From: Candidatus Eiseniibacteriota bacterium
GTDB lineage: Bacteria; Eisenbacteria; RBG-16-71-46
Reading direction: 5' to 3'
DNA: 64,000 bases
Assembly: GCA_041483195.1 (NCBI GenBank)
Contig: JBGPFC010000008.1
Span: 44,977-108,976, forward strand
Within the stretch, counting starts at the first letter, position 1, and each line of letters starts with the position of its first letter. The position numbers and the translations under genes were made by a program. Positions 49,624 to 59,978 of the stretch are shown in pieces. The notes beneath the pieces are model-generated. The model ran no database searches. It was not told the DNA's origin and saw only the letters and a program-made list of their open reading frames with translations.

Positions 49624-51876
49624 ATGAAGCTCGATCGTCGGGCGGCCGCGGTTCTCGCGGTCGCGGTCATGTTGCTCGCGGCGGCGTGCGCCCGCCGTGC
49701 GAAAACCATCGTTGTCGCGAATCGACCCCCCGAGATCAGTCTGAAGAGCAGCTCGCTCCCACCCGCGCGCGCGGGCGAGGTCAGCCGCCTGATGCGCTGG
49801 ACCGCGAGCGATCCCGAAGGGCGGATCGATCATTACCTGTACGCGGTCGATCCGCGTGCGATGGATCGCGCGGACGACGGATGGACGCGGACCGACGAGA
49901 CCTCGTACGTGATGAGCGTGCCGGCGCACGACGCCGCGACCCTGCCCTCGGGACGCAGCGGCCACCTGTTCGCGGTGCGCGCCGTGGACGCGGGGGGCGC
50001 GCTCTCGGCGCCAGCGTGGGTGGCGTTCGGGGATTCGTCGGCGACCATCCCGCCGACGGTCCAGATCCTCTGCCCGCGACCCAGCGACTTGGCTCGCGCG
50101 TACCTGCCGCCGTCGTTTCGAATCAACTGGGACGGCATCGACCCGGATGGAGTCTTCACTCAGAAACCGGTGAAGTACAAGTACCGGCTCTTCACCGACA
50201 ACGGCCCGGACTTCAATCTCTCGACGATTCGGGCGCGACCCGACTCGGTCCGGCGCTTCTACGCTCCCCAGTTCGCGGACTGGGACTCGGTCGGGGGTGA
50301 TTCGACCTCGGTCAGTTACTCCAATCTGACCATCGATGCTGAGTACATCTTCGTGGTCGTGGCGTTCGACGAGGCGGGCGCCTATTCGCCGGTGTTCTCG
50401 TTCAGCACCAACATGCTCTACTTCCGTGTGATCCAACCGAATTCGCTCGGCCCCCCGCTCACCATGTTCGGCTCGGGGTTCTCCTACACGTATGCCACCG
50501 GAAGCATTCCGCCGAATCCGGCCCCGGCACTCACCGTCGATGAGCCGGCCGACCAGCCGCTGACGTTCAGCTGGTTCGCGATGCCGTTTCCCTCTTCGTG
50601 CGACGGACTGCTCCGGTATCGCTGGGCGCTCGACATCGCCGACATCGGTGACGAGACCCCGCGCTCGAACGAGGCCACGGACTGGATGCACTGGAGTCAG
50701 TGGAGCGACGCCGCGACCTCCGCCACGGTCGGCCCGTTCAATCCGCCGGGCTTCAAGCGGCAGAGTCATCAGTTCTACATCGAGGCCGATGACCCGGTGG
50801 GATTGCGCAGCCTCGGCACGTTCGGGTTTCGCGTGAGCCGCGCTCCGTTCGACGACGATCTCCTGATCGTGGACGACACGCGCTATCTGCCGGATCAACG
50901 GACATTCCCCACCCCGTGCATGAACGCGCCGATCGGAGCGTGGCCCACCGCGGCGGAGCTCGACACCTTCCTCTATGCCCGCGGCGCATTCCCCTGGCGC
51001 TGCTATCCCGCGGGCACGATGAGCACGCCGGGGATCTTCAACGGCTATCACTACGACACGCTCGGCACGCGCGGACTGCCGGGCGTGGTGCCTTCGCTGC
51101 TGGTGCTGAACCGCTACCGCCACGTGCTGTGGCTGGTCAACAACGCCGCCGCGAGCAACTTCAAGGCACCGACCGATCCCACCGACCCGACCACCGCGAT
51201 GCGCTACATGTCGGAGCCGGGCAGGATCAACGTGCTCGCGGCCTACGTCGCCCAGGGCGGGCAGCTCTGGCTCGCGGGCGCCGGTGCGGGCAGCGCGAAT
51301 CTCAGGCCGTGGAACAAGACCAACAACGACGCAGTTCCGCCGACGCTGGCTCTCACGTTCTCGAATGCGAACGGCGAGCTGGTCCCCGGGCGGTTCATTT
51401 ACGACGTGAGCCACTGGCGGTCGGAATTCAAGCAACTGCGCGCGACCGTGCAGATCAATCGCAGCCTGGGCCGGCTCACCGGCAGCCCGGGACTCTATTC
51501 GCTGCTTCCGCCCAAGATGGAGACCAAGTCCGTGGCCACCGATCCGCTCCCGCCGCTGCGGACCAGCTCGAATTTCTACCAGACCCAGTCCGACATCGAA
51601 TTCCTCAGTCTCCCGAATATCATCATGGAAGGCGGCGGGGCGGTGCTCGACACGCTGTACGCGGCGGCCGGCGGCACGCTGCCATTCGGCCAGATCGCGG
51701 CGAACATGACCTACTATCACGGTTCCGAGAACGCGCCGCTGGTCTTCACCGGGTTCAACCTCTGGAACTTCCGGCGCGCGGAGTGCATTCAGCTGGTGGA
51801 TTTCGTGCTGCAACAGGTCTGGGGTCTCAGCCGCGACCCCGATCCGCGGCTCGCGCAGCCCGTCACGCGCAGGTAG
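49624..51876 (+). CDS. Large lipoprotein with several Ig/FN3-like domains and a C-terminal alpha/beta domain
   Basis: Lipobox LAAA-C; repeated W...DPDG...Y.Y...F.V.A.D beta-sandwich pattern; LLIVDDT...HVLW...GGQLWLAG alpha/beta domain. Confidence 0.8.
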   Translation: MKLDRRAAAVLAVAVMLLAAACARRAKTIVVANRPPEISLKSSSLPPARAGEVSRLMRWTASDPEGRIDHYLYAVDPRAMDRADDGWTRTDETSYVMSVPAHDAATLPSGRSGHLFAVRAVDAGGALSAPAWVAFGDSSATIPPTVQILCPRPSDLARAYLPPSFRINWDGIDPDGVFTQKPVKYKYRLFTDNGPDFNLSTIRARPDSVRRFYAPQFADWDSVGGDSTSVSYSNLTIDAEYIFVVVAFDEAGAYSPVFSFSTNMLYFRVIQPNSLGPPLTMFGSGFSYTYATGSIPPNPAPALTVDEPADQPLTFSWFAMPFPSSCDGLLRYRWALDIADIGDETPRSNEATDWMHWSQWSDAATSATVGPFNPPGFKRQSHQFYIEADDPVGLRSLGTFGFRVSRAPFDDDLLIVDDTRYLPDQRTFPTPCMNAPIGAWPTAAELDTFLYARGAFPWRCYPAGTMSTPGIFNGYHYDTLGTRGLPGVVPSLLVLNRYRHVLWLVNNAAASNFKAPTDPTDPTTAMRYMSEPGRINVLAAYVAQGGQLWLAGAGAGSANLRPWNKTNNDAVPPTLALTFSNANGELVPGRFIYDVSHWRSEFKQLRATVQINRSLGRLTGSPGLYSLLPPKMETKSVATDPLPPLRTSSNFYQTQSDIEFLSLPNIIMEGGGAVLDTLYAAAGGTLPFGQIAANMTYYHGSENAPLVFTGFNLWNFRRAECIQLVDFVLQQVWGLSRDPDPRLAQPVTRR

Positions 51877-52001
51877 TCGCCCGCTTGACGCGCTCCCGGC
51901 GCGCGACCTAGCTTTTCGCGCGTCGGCTCCCGCGCGCCAGCGGCGCGCCATGTCGCGCCATTTCGCCCTCGCGCATCACTCCGCCCCCGCGGAGCACGAT
52001 C

Positions 52002-53513
52002 ATGTTGAGCTGCGTGCGCACCGCAGCGTTGTGGGGCGTCGAAGCGTTTCCCGTCGAATGCGAGATCGACGTCGGCCCCGGTCTGCCGGGGTTCATCATG
52101 GTGGGTCTCCCGGATGCGAGCGCGCGCGAGGCGCGCGAGCGCGTGTGGCCGGCGCTGCGGAACTCCGGCTTCAGCCCGCCCGATCGCCGCGTCACCGTGA
52201 ATCTCGCGCCCGCCGAGCGCCGCAAGGAGGGCGCGTCCGCCGATCTCGCGGTCGCGCTCGGCATGCTGGTCGCGACCTCGCAGGCGCCGGGAGTTCGCCT
52301 CGATGGCGTCGGCGCGATCGGCGAACTGGCGCTCGACGGCGCGCTGCGCGCGGTGCGCGGCACGCTCCCGCTCGCGGAAGCGCTGTGGCGGGCGGGCGCA
52401 ACCACTCTGCTGTGCGCGACCGATGCCGCGCCCGAAGCCGCTCTGGTGGCGGGACTCACCGTGCATGCCGTCTCGCGGCTCGCCGAGGCGGTCGACTGGC
52501 TACGCGGCGGCGAGCTTCCGATCGCATCGCCCGCGCCGCCCGATGCGGAAGCCGAGCGCGCGGAAGGCCTCGCGGAGGTGCGCGGACAGGCGATCGCGCG
52601 CCGCGCCCTCGAGATCGCGGCGGCAGGCGGGCATCATCTGCTGCTGGTCGGTCCGCCCGGCGCGGGAAAGTCGATGCTCGCGCGGCGCCTGCCCGGCATC
52701 CTTCCACCGCTCGAGCCCGACGAGGCGCTGATCGTCACGCGGCTGCATTCCAGCGTGGGCCTCCGCCCTCCGGGGCGCGGCCTGATGCGCGGGCGGCCCT
52801 TCCGCGCGCCGCATCACTCGCTGTCGCGCGCGGGGCTGGTCGGCGGCGGCAATCCGCTGCGGCCCGGCGAGCTCTCGCTCGCGCATCTCGGCGTGCTCTT
52901 TCTCGACGAGCTGTCCGAATATCCGCGCCTGCTGCTCGATGCACTGCGCGAGCCGCTCGAGACCGGAAGCGTGTGGCTCTCGCGTGCGTCGGGGTCGGCG
53001 CGGTTTCCGGCCCGGGCGCTGCTGGTCGCAGCGATGAACCCCTGCAAGTGCGGCTGGCTCGGTCATCCCAAGCGCGGATGCAAGTGCACGCCCACCGATC
53101 TTGCGCAGCATGCCGCGCGCGTGAGCGGTCCGGTGCTCGATCGGATTGATATTCAGATCGAGGTGCCGGCGCTGACCTCCGCGGAGCTGCTCGCGGCGTC
53201 AGCTGGCGAATCGAGCGCCGCCGTGCGCGAGCGCGTGATCGCGGCGCGGGCGATCCAGCGTGCGCGGGGCGCGCTCAATGCGGCGCTGCCCAACGCGGCG
53301 CTGCGAGAGTGCTGCACGCTCGACGACACGGGGCGTCGCCTGGTCGCCGATGCCGTGGATCGCGGCGGGATGAGCGCCCGCGCGGTGCACCGCGCGCTGC
53401 GGGTGGCGCGCACCATCGCGGACCTGGCGGGCGAGGAACGCATGAGCGCGCTGCGGATCGCCGAGGCGCTTCAGTATCGCGCGTACGAGGCGCGGAGGTT
53501 CGCGCCACGTTGA
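52002..53513 (+). CDS. comM: YifB/ComM Mg-chelatase-like AAA+ ATPase
   Basis: VGLPD, VNLAPA, GPPGAGKSMLA, PFRAPHH, FLDEL, AAMNPCKCG, SGPVLDRID. Confidence 0.93.
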   Translation: MLSCVRTAALWGVEAFPVECEIDVGPGLPGFIMVGLPDASAREARERVWPALRNSGFSPPDRRVTVNLAPAERRKEGASADLAVALGMLVATSQAPGVRLDGVGAIGELALDGALRAVRGTLPLAEALWRAGATTLLCATDAAPEAALVAGLTVHAVSRLAEAVDWLRGGELPIASPAPPDAEAERAEGLAEVRGQAIARRALEIAAAGGHHLLLVGPPGAGKSMLARRLPGILPPLEPDEALIVTRLHSSVGLRPPGRGLMRGRPFRAPHHSLSRAGLVGGGNPLRPGELSLAHLGVLFLDELSEYPRLLLDALREPLETGSVWLSRASGSARFPARALLVAAMNPCKCGWLGHPKRGCKCTPTDLAQHAARVSGPVLDRIDIQIEVPALTSAELLAASAGESSAAVRERVIAARAIQRARGALNAALPNAALRECCTLDDTGRRLVADAVDRGGMSARAVHRALRVARTIADLAGEERMSALRIAEALQYRAYEARRFAPR

Positions 53514-53613
53514 GCGAGGCGTCGGGTATTGACCGCTCCGGCGCGCCGGGTCTAGTCTGCGCTCTCCGAAAACTTTGCCACACAGTCGACGGCCCACATG
53601 AATGGAGGACGTC

Positions 53614-54474
53614 ATGCAGCTGGAGATCAGCGATGGCACCCCGTGGTGGCTGAGTCCCGACATCTGGGTGACCGAGACCATCGGAGGGACCACGACGGTC
53701 GTGTCGCAGCCCGAGGTGGGTAAGACCTACCGCGTCTGGGCCAAAGTCGAGAACATCACCGTCGGCACCCCCATGGATGCCGTGGACGCCGTCGTTTCCT
53801 TCTACTGGGCGGATCCGTCCACGGTGGTCACGCTCGCCACCGCGACGCTGATCGGCACGGCCACCGTGACGTTGCCCCCTGGGAACACCGATGTGGAGTG
53901 TCCGATCGACTGGAGCCCGAGCTGGGTCAACAACGGTCACGAGTGCCTGGTCGCGACCGTGGATCATCCGGCCGACCCCATCACGCCGCCGCTCGGTGGC
54001 GCCGCGGCCTTCGATCCCCCGAATCACCGGCAGATCGCCCAGCTGAATCTCAGCGTTCTGCTGCCACTGCCCGGGCCGCGGCCGTGGATGATGATCTATC
54101 CCTTCGGCGCCGGATTCCCCGGCGAGCGGCGCCACGGCAAGGCGCGGCTCAAGGTGCGCAGATTGCCGCTCGCGGGACAGGAACGCCTGCTGCGGGCGCG
54201 CGGCTTCAAGCGGCTCCCGGCCGAGATGAACGGCATCCGCAAGTTCGGGATTCAGCCGTACAACGCAGGCGACTGCGTGAAAGAAACCGGCCGCCCCTCG
54301 TTGCCCCTGTCGGAGAAGCTGCGCGGGCTGCGGGGCATGGCGCTCGCGGTCCAGCTTCCGCGAAAGCCGCAGGCCGGGACCGCGGCGCTGTTCGTGGTCG
54401 AGCAGCTCGACGGGAAGCGGGCCGCGGGCGGTGTCGGCCTCCTCATCTTCGCGGGGCGAGGGAAGTCGCGCTGA
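53614..54474 (+). CDS. Hypothetical beta-rich protein (SPDIWV...HECLVA domain)
   Basis: ATG at 53614 with a GGAGG Shine-Dalgarno; TTGACC-N18-TAGTCT promoter at 53529-53558; no signal peptide. Confidence 0.75.
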   Translation: MQLEISDGTPWWLSPDIWVTETIGGTTTVVSQPEVGKTYRVWAKVENITVGTPMDAVDAVVSFYWADPSTVVTLATATLIGTATVTLPPGNTDVECPIDWSPSWVNNGHECLVATVDHPADPITPPLGGAAAFDPPNHRQIAQLNLSVLLPLPGPRPWMMIYPFGAGFPGERRHGKARLKVRRLPLAGQERLLRARGFKRLPAEMNGIRKFGIQPYNAGDCVKETGRPSLPLSEKLRGLRGMALAVQLPRKPQAGTAALFVVEQLDGKRAAGGVGLLIFAGRGKSR

Positions 54475-54710
54475 GAGGGCGCGGCTCGGCCGCTCTCTTC
54501 GATCAGCCGCTCGAACATCGGCGCCCAGATCGGCGAAGCCCCCGGCCGACCCCGGGGGCTCGACTTGGTCTGGGCCTCCGTGCTCCAATGGGGAGGCTCA
54601 TCCGGCGCTTCCGATCCCGGATTGAAATGACCCCGAAGTATCGAGCTCCGCGCGCAAGCGTTCCGCGACCGACGATCCCCACGGGTGGGCGCGACGACGT
54701 GAGGGGTACG

Positions 54711-55610
54711 ATGCGAATCGTTCATCGATTCCGAATCCTGATCGCCGCGGCATCGCTGTTCGTCCATGCGCCCCGCGCCGCGGCGCAGGAGCCGATGCGG
54801 TACATCTACGACTCCCCGGAATCGAAGCTCGACAAGCGATACGAGTACCACTGGGAGATTCTGAGGACGGCGCTCGAGCGGACCCAGGGCAGATACGGCA
54901 CCTACGTCATGGAAAAGTCGGTCTCCATGCCCGAGCAGCGCCAGTCGTTCGAGCTGAAGCACGCGACCGGCAAGCTGACGGTGATGTACCTCGGAACCAA
55001 TCCCGAGTTCGAACGCGACCTGATTCCGATCCGCATCCCGGTCGACAAGAACCTCGGCGGGTATTGCGTGTTCCTCATTCGAAAGGACGAGCAGAGCCGA
55101 TTCGACGCGATCCGGACGCTCGAAGACCTGAAGCGCTTCACGTACGGCCTCGGCCTGGGCTGGATCGACGTCGAGATCCTGAGGCACAACGGCTTCAAGG
55201 TCGTCACCGGCTCCGACTACGACGGGCTCTTCTCGATGCTCGCCAACGGACGGTTCGACATCTTCCTGCGGGCGACCGTCGAGGTCCTCGACGAAGTCGC
55301 GCAGCGCATCGACAAGATGCCCGATCTTTCGATCGAGCAGAACCTCCTGCTCTACTATCCGCTGCCGATGTACTTCTGGTTTTCGAAGACGCCGGAGGGT
55401 GAGCGATTGGCGTCCCGGGCCCGGGAGGGAATGCTCGCGATGATCCAGGACGGCACCTACGACCGGATCTTCTTCAAGTACCAGAAGTCCAAGATCGATC
55501 GGCTCGACCTGCGCCATCGCAAGCTCTTCCGCATCGAGAATCCATTCCTGGTTCCCGAGACGCCCTTCGCGGACAGGCGACTGTGGTTCGACCCCACGGC
55601 GGCCCGATGA
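54711..55610 (+). CDS. Periplasmic substrate-binding protein (type 2 PBP, family 3-like)
   Basis: Signal peptide (AAA-Q), LIPIRIPVDKNLGGY, GLGWIDVEIL..NG, LFSML..GRFD, MIQDGTYDRIF. Confidence 0.82.
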   Translation: MRIVHRFRILIAAASLFVHAPRAAAQEPMRYIYDSPESKLDKRYEYHWEILRTALERTQGRYGTYVMEKSVSMPEQRQSFELKHATGKLTVMYLGTNPEFERDLIPIRIPVDKNLGGYCVFLIRKDEQSRFDAIRTLEDLKRFTYGLGLGWIDVEILRHNGFKVVTGSDYDGLFSMLANGRFDIFLRATVEVLDEVAQRIDKMPDLSIEQNLLLYYPLPMYFWFSKTPEGERLASRAREGMLAMIQDGTYDRIFFKYQKSKIDRLDLRHRKLFRIENPFLVPETPFADRRLWFDPTAAR

Positions 55611-55683
55611 GGCGCGGCGCACGTGATCCGGCTCCCCTGACGCGCCGGTTCACCCCCCTGATGCGCCGCATCGGGAGTTCCCG

Positions 55684-57924
55684 ATGATCCCCCGCAAGAG
55701 TTCCGTCGCGGTGCTGGTGATCACCGTGCTCGTGGTGGCGGCGACGCTTCTGATGGGAGCGCTGGGGGCGTTTTCGTACCGGGCCGACAGCGAGCGGGAG
55801 TGGCGCGAGCTGCGGGTCCGAACGAACCGCGTGGCAGACCAGCTGTCGGTGGGCCTCGCGCTTCCCCTCTGGAACTTCGATCGGGCGCAGGTCGACAAGG
55901 TCATCGAGAGCGCGATGACCAGCCCCGAAGTTTACGCCGTAGTGGTCCGCCAGAACGACGTCTCGTCGCCGGGGGGCGTGATCGTTCATGGGCGAATCCG
56001 GGATGCGGCGTGGCACGTCGTGGCCACCGACCGCGAGCTGGCGGCCGGGGAGCTCCTGCTCGCGGAACGGCAGATCACCGCATCGGACGCCTCGCTCGGC
56101 TCGGTGCGTGTGTTCTCCACGCCGCGCTTTCTCGAGGAGAACCTGCGCCGCGGCCTCTACTCCCTCGAGCTCCGGATCCTGATCCTCGACCTGATCCTGA
56201 TCGTCAGCCTGTTCGCGATGCTGTGGTGGATCGTGATCAAGCCGCTCCAGACGGTCGAGCAGTACGCGGTCGCGGCGAGCTCGGGGGAGCGCATCGGCGC
56301 GGGAGCGCGCGCGCGGCGGTTCCACGGCGAGCTGGAGAGCCTGCGATCGTCGATCGAGAAGACCATCGATCTGCTGGACGCGCGATTCGCGGCGCTCGGG
56401 AAGAACCAGGCCATGCTCACCTCGGTGCTGAACTCGGTGCCGCAGTCGATCTTCTGGAAGGATCGCGACGGCGTGTACCTGGGTTGCAACGAGGTGTTCG
56501 CCGGCGCCACCGGCCTGGGAGGTCCGGCGGCGGTCGTCGGGAAGACCGACTCCGATCTTCCGTGGCCGCGGGAGGCTGGCGAGGTCTATCGCGCCGACGA
56601 CTCGGAAATTCTGCGGACCGGGCGGCCGCGCCGGCACGTCATCGAACCGCTTCGAGAGGCCGGCGGGAAACAGCTCTGGATCGACACAACGAAGGTGCCG
56701 CTGCTCGATGGGGACGGCAGGCCGTACGGGATCCTCGGCGTGTACGACGACGTCACCGAGCGAAAGCGCGCCGAGGAATCGCTTGCCGAGAGCGAGGAGC
56801 GCTTCCGATCTGCGATGTTCAACTCGGCGATCGGCATGGCCCTCGTCGCGCCGGATGGCCGCTGGCTCGAAGTCAATCCCGCGCTGTGCCGGATCGTCGG
56901 CTACGCGCGCGCGGAGCTGCTCGCCACGAACTTCCAGGCGCTGACCCACCCCGACGATCTCGACGCCGATCTCGATTTCGTGCGCGAGCTGCTGGCGGGA
57001 ACCCGCTCGACCTACGAGATGGAAAAGCGCTACATGCACCAGGACGGGGCCATCGTCTGGATCCGGCTCAACGTCTCGTTGGTGCGCGATGCGGCGGGCG
57101 ATCCGGTGCATTTCATCTCGCAGATGCAGGATATCACGGAGCGGCGGCGGGCCGAGGAAGCGATCCGGACGATGAACGCCGAGCTGGAGCGGCGCGTGCG
57201 CGAGCGAACCCTCGAGCTCGAATCCGCGAACCGCGAGCTCGAGGCGTTCTCGTACTCCGTCTCCCACGACCTGCGCGCCCCGCTGCGCGCGATCATTGGG
57301 TTCTCCCGGATCGTGATGGAGGAGTACGGGGCGCACCTGCCCCCGGAGCCGACCCGGCTCCTCGGCATCGTCGAGGACAACACCCGCCAGATGGGCAGCC
57401 TGATCGACGACCTGCTGGCGTTTTCCCGGTTGGGCCGCCAGCCCCTGACCCGGGAGGAGGTCCACCCGGGAGCGATCGTCGAATCCGTCGTGCAGCTGCT
57501 GCGTGCTGGCGAGCGGCCCGAGCGGGTCGTGGAGGTGTCCATCGATGAGCTTCCGCCGTGCGAGGCCGACCCGGCGCTGCTGCGACAGGTATTCACGAAC
57601 CTGCTGTCGAATGCTTTCAAGTACACTCGGCGCCGCGATCCGGCGAGCATACGGGTCGGCTCGTTCGCGAGCGCGACCTCGGGAGATCGTGTGTATTTCG
57701 TCGAGGACAACGGCACCGGATTCGACATGCGCTACGTCGACAAGCTGTTCGGCGTGTTCCAGCGCCTGCACAAGTCGGATGAGTACGAGGGCACGGGCGT
57801 CGGCCTGGCCATCGTCCAGCGGATCGTGCATCGGCACGGCGGACGCGCCTGGGCGGAGGGGCGGATCGAAGGCGGGGCCAAGTTCTACTTCACGCTCACG
57901 GGAGGCGCGGATGGGGGTCGCTGA
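55684..57924 (+). CDS. Membrane sensor histidine kinase with two PAS domains
   Basis: Two TM helices, PAS/PAC twice, [37 protein letters not shown]. Confidence 0.93.
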   Translation: MIPRKSSVAVLVITVLVVAATLLMGALGAFSYRADSEREWRELRVRTNRVADQLSVGLALPLWNFDRAQVDKVIESAMTSPEVYAVVVRQNDVSSPGGVIVHGRIRDAAWHVVATDRELAAGELLLAERQITASDASLGSVRVFSTPRFLEENLRRGLYSLELRILILDLILIVSLFAMLWWIVIKPLQTVEQYAVAASSGERIGAGARARRFHGELESLRSSIEKTIDLLDARFAALGKNQAMLTSVLNSVPQSIFWKDRDGVYLGCNEVFAGATGLGGPAAVVGKTDSDLPWPREAGEVYRADDSEILRTGRPRRHVIEPLREAGGKQLWIDTTKVPLLDGDGRPYGILGVYDDVTERKRAEESLAESEERFRSAMFNSAIGMALVAPDGRWLEVNPALCRIVGYARAELLATNFQALTHPDDLDADLDFVRELLAGTRSTYEMEKRYMHQDGAIVWIRLNVSLVRDAAGDPVHFISQMQDITERRRAEEAIRTMNAELERRVRERTLELESANRELEAFSYSVSHDLRAPLRAIIGFSRIVMEEYGAHLPPEPTRLLGIVEDNTRQMGSLIDDLLAFSRLGRQPLTREEVHPGAIVESVVQLLRAGERPERVVEVSIDELPPCEADPALLRQVFTNLLSNAFKYTRRRDPASIRVGSFASATSGDRVYFVEDNGTGFDMRYVDKLFGVFQRLHKSDEYEGTGVGLAIVQRIVHRHGGRAWAEGRIEGGAKFYFTLTGGADGGR

Positions 57925-58360
57925 TGGCGGGATCGTCGAGGTGCTGCTGGTCGAGGACAACCCCGCCGACGTGGAGTTGACCCTCAGGGCGTTGCGCAAG
58001 AATCAGCTGGGCGGCTCCGTGCAGGTCGTGCACGACGGGGCGGAGGCGCTGGACTTCCTGTTCGGCGATGGGGCCTACGCGGGCCGCGACCCGCACCACG
58101 TCCCCAGGGTGATCCTTCTCGACCTCAAGCTGCCCAAGGTGGACGGGCTCGAGGTGCTGAAGCGGATCAAGGCCTCTCCCGCGACGCGGGCGATCCCGGT
58201 CGTGGTGCTCACGTCGTCGCAGGAGGACCGGGACCTGAGCGAATGCTACCGCCTGGGCGTCAACAGTTATATCGTGAAGCCCGTGGATTTCGAGCAGTTC
58301 ACCGATTCCGTCAGGCAGCTCGGACTCTACTGGCTGCTCCTCAACAAGGTTCCAAACTGA
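57911..58360 (+). CDS. Single-domain response regulator (Rcp1-like)
   Basis: [40 protein letters not shown]. Confidence 0.92.
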   Translation: MGVADGGIVEVLLVEDNPADVELTLRALRKNQLGGSVQVVHDGAEALDFLFGDGAYAGRDPHHVPRVILLDLKLPKVDGLEVLKRIKASPATRAIPVVVLTSSQEDRDLSECYRLGVNSYIVKPVDFEQFTDSVRQLGLYWLLLNKVPN

Positions 58361-58373
58361 CGCCGGAGCCGAC

Positions 58374-59918
58374 ATGCCCACCCCGCTGAGAGCGCTCGTC
58401 GTCGAAGATCGTCCCTCCGACATCGAACTGATGACGCGGGTGCTGCGCGCCGACGATTTCGTCCCCGAAATCGTCGCCGTGGAGACCGAGCGGGACTACC
58501 TGACGAATCTGAGCCGGGGATGGGACGTCATCCTCTCGGATTACTCGATGCCGCAGTTCAATGCGACCCGGGCGCTGTCGCTGCTCCAGGAAGCGGGCCT
58601 CGACATTCCGTTTCTGGTCATCACCGGGAGCATCAGCGAAGAGGTCGCGGTCGAGTGCATGAAGCAGGGGGCGACCGACTATCTGCTCAAGGATCGGCTC
58701 ACGCGCCTGGGGCCGGCGGTGCGGCGCGCCCTCGCCGAAAAACAAATGCGGCAGCAGCGCCTGGAAATGGAGGCGCAGCTCCGGCAGTCCCAGAAGATGG
58801 AGGGAATGGGCCGCCTCGCGGGCGGCATCGCGCACGATTTCAACAACCTGCTGACGATCATCTGCGGCTACACGGAAATGGTGCTGTCGAGACTCGAGCC
58901 CGAGAGCGAAGCCGTGGATTACCTGCGCCAGGTGCAGGGCGCGACCGACCGGGCGCGGAACCTGACCCAGCAGATCCTCGCGTTCAGCCGCAAGCAGATG
59001 CTCGAGACGCGGGTGATCAACCTGAACGCGGAGGTCTCGTCGATCGAGAGCATGCTCCGGCGTTTGATCGGCTCCGACGTCGAGATCGTGACTCACCTCG
59101 ACCCGCTGCTCGGCAACGCGAGGGCCGATTCCGCCCAGGTCCAGCAGGTGCTGCTGAACCTCGTCGTGAACGCGCGCGACGCGATGCCGCAAGGCGGAAC
59201 GCTCACGCTCCAGACGGCCAACATCGTGCAGGACGATGCCGCGGCGTCCCGCCGGCCGGAGCTGCCGGCGGGCGAGTACGTGATGCTGGCCGTCCGTGAC
59301 ACCGGTTCCGGAATGCCCCCCGACACGCTCAGCCACGCGTTCGAGCCGTTCTTCACCACCAAGTCGGCGGGCCAGGGCACCGGCCTCGGCCTGGCGACCG
59401 TGTTTGGAATCGTGAAGCAGCACGGCGGACACGTGGCGGCCGTCTCCGAACCCGGCCGGGGAACCGTCATTCAGATTTATCTCCCCCGCACGCACGAGGC
59501 CTACGACGAGCCCGAGCTCATCCCGGCCCCGCGTTCGGCGGGCCGGCACTCCGGGACCATCCTGCTCGTGGAGGACGAAGATTCCATCCGGAGCATGATC
59601 GCGAGGGTGATCGGCAAGGAAGGGTATCGGGTGCTCGAGGCCGAGAACGCGCGTCACGCCGAGCAGATCGCGTCAGAGTACTCGGGCCCGATCGACCTGC
59701 TGCTGACCGACGTGATCCTCCCGGGGATGCGCGGCACCGAGCTGCACCGGCGGGTTCGCGCGAATCGGCCCAGCCTCAAGGTGCTCTACATCTCGGGCTA
59801 CTCGGACAACGTGATCGTCGAGGACCAGGACGCCATACCTTCTGAGTGCTTCCTGCAGAAGCCATTCCGGCTCGGCGATCTGAATCAGCGCATCGATCAG
59901 TTGCTCGATCATCCCTGA
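58374..59918 (+). CDS. Hybrid histidine kinase (REC-HisKA-HATPase-REC)
   Basis: N-terminal receiver, [26 protein letters not shown]-terminal receiver. Confidence 0.93.
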   Translation: MPTPLRALVVEDRPSDIELMTRVLRADDFVPEIVAVETERDYLTNLSRGWDVILSDYSMPQFNATRALSLLQEAGLDIPFLVITGSISEEVAVECMKQGATDYLLKDRLTRLGPAVRRALAEKQMRQQRLEMEAQLRQSQKMEGMGRLAGGIAHDFNNLLTIICGYTEMVLSRLEPESEAVDYLRQVQGATDRARNLTQQILAFSRKQMLETRVINLNAEVSSIESMLRRLIGSDVEIVTHLDPLLGNARADSAQVQQVLLNLVVNARDAMPQGGTLTLQTANIVQDDAAASRRPELPAGEYVMLAVRDTGSGMPPDTLSHAFEPFFTTKSAGQGTGLGLATVFGIVKQHGGHVAAVSEPGRGTVIQIYLPRTHEAYDEPELIPAPRSAGRHSGTILLVEDEDSIRSMIARVIGKEGYRVLEAENARHAEQIASEYSGPIDLLLTDVILPGMRGTELHRRVRANRPSLKVLYISGYSDNVIVEDQDAIPSECFLQKPFRLGDLNQRIDQLLDHP

Positions 59919-59978
59919 TCCGCCGTGCCGGCCGCCCGGCGCGCTTCGGCCCAGCGGCGGGTCCGGCCCGAGGCCCAC

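Noticed and set aside
52002-53513. Magnesium chelatase / photosynthesis
   Set aside because: The domain layout is the YifB/ComM type with Lon-like and Zn-binding elements; no bch genes.
55684-58360. Bacteriophytochrome light sensor
   Set aside because: The transmitter and receiver are phytochrome-like, but there is no GAF-PHY photosensory module or heme oxygenase.
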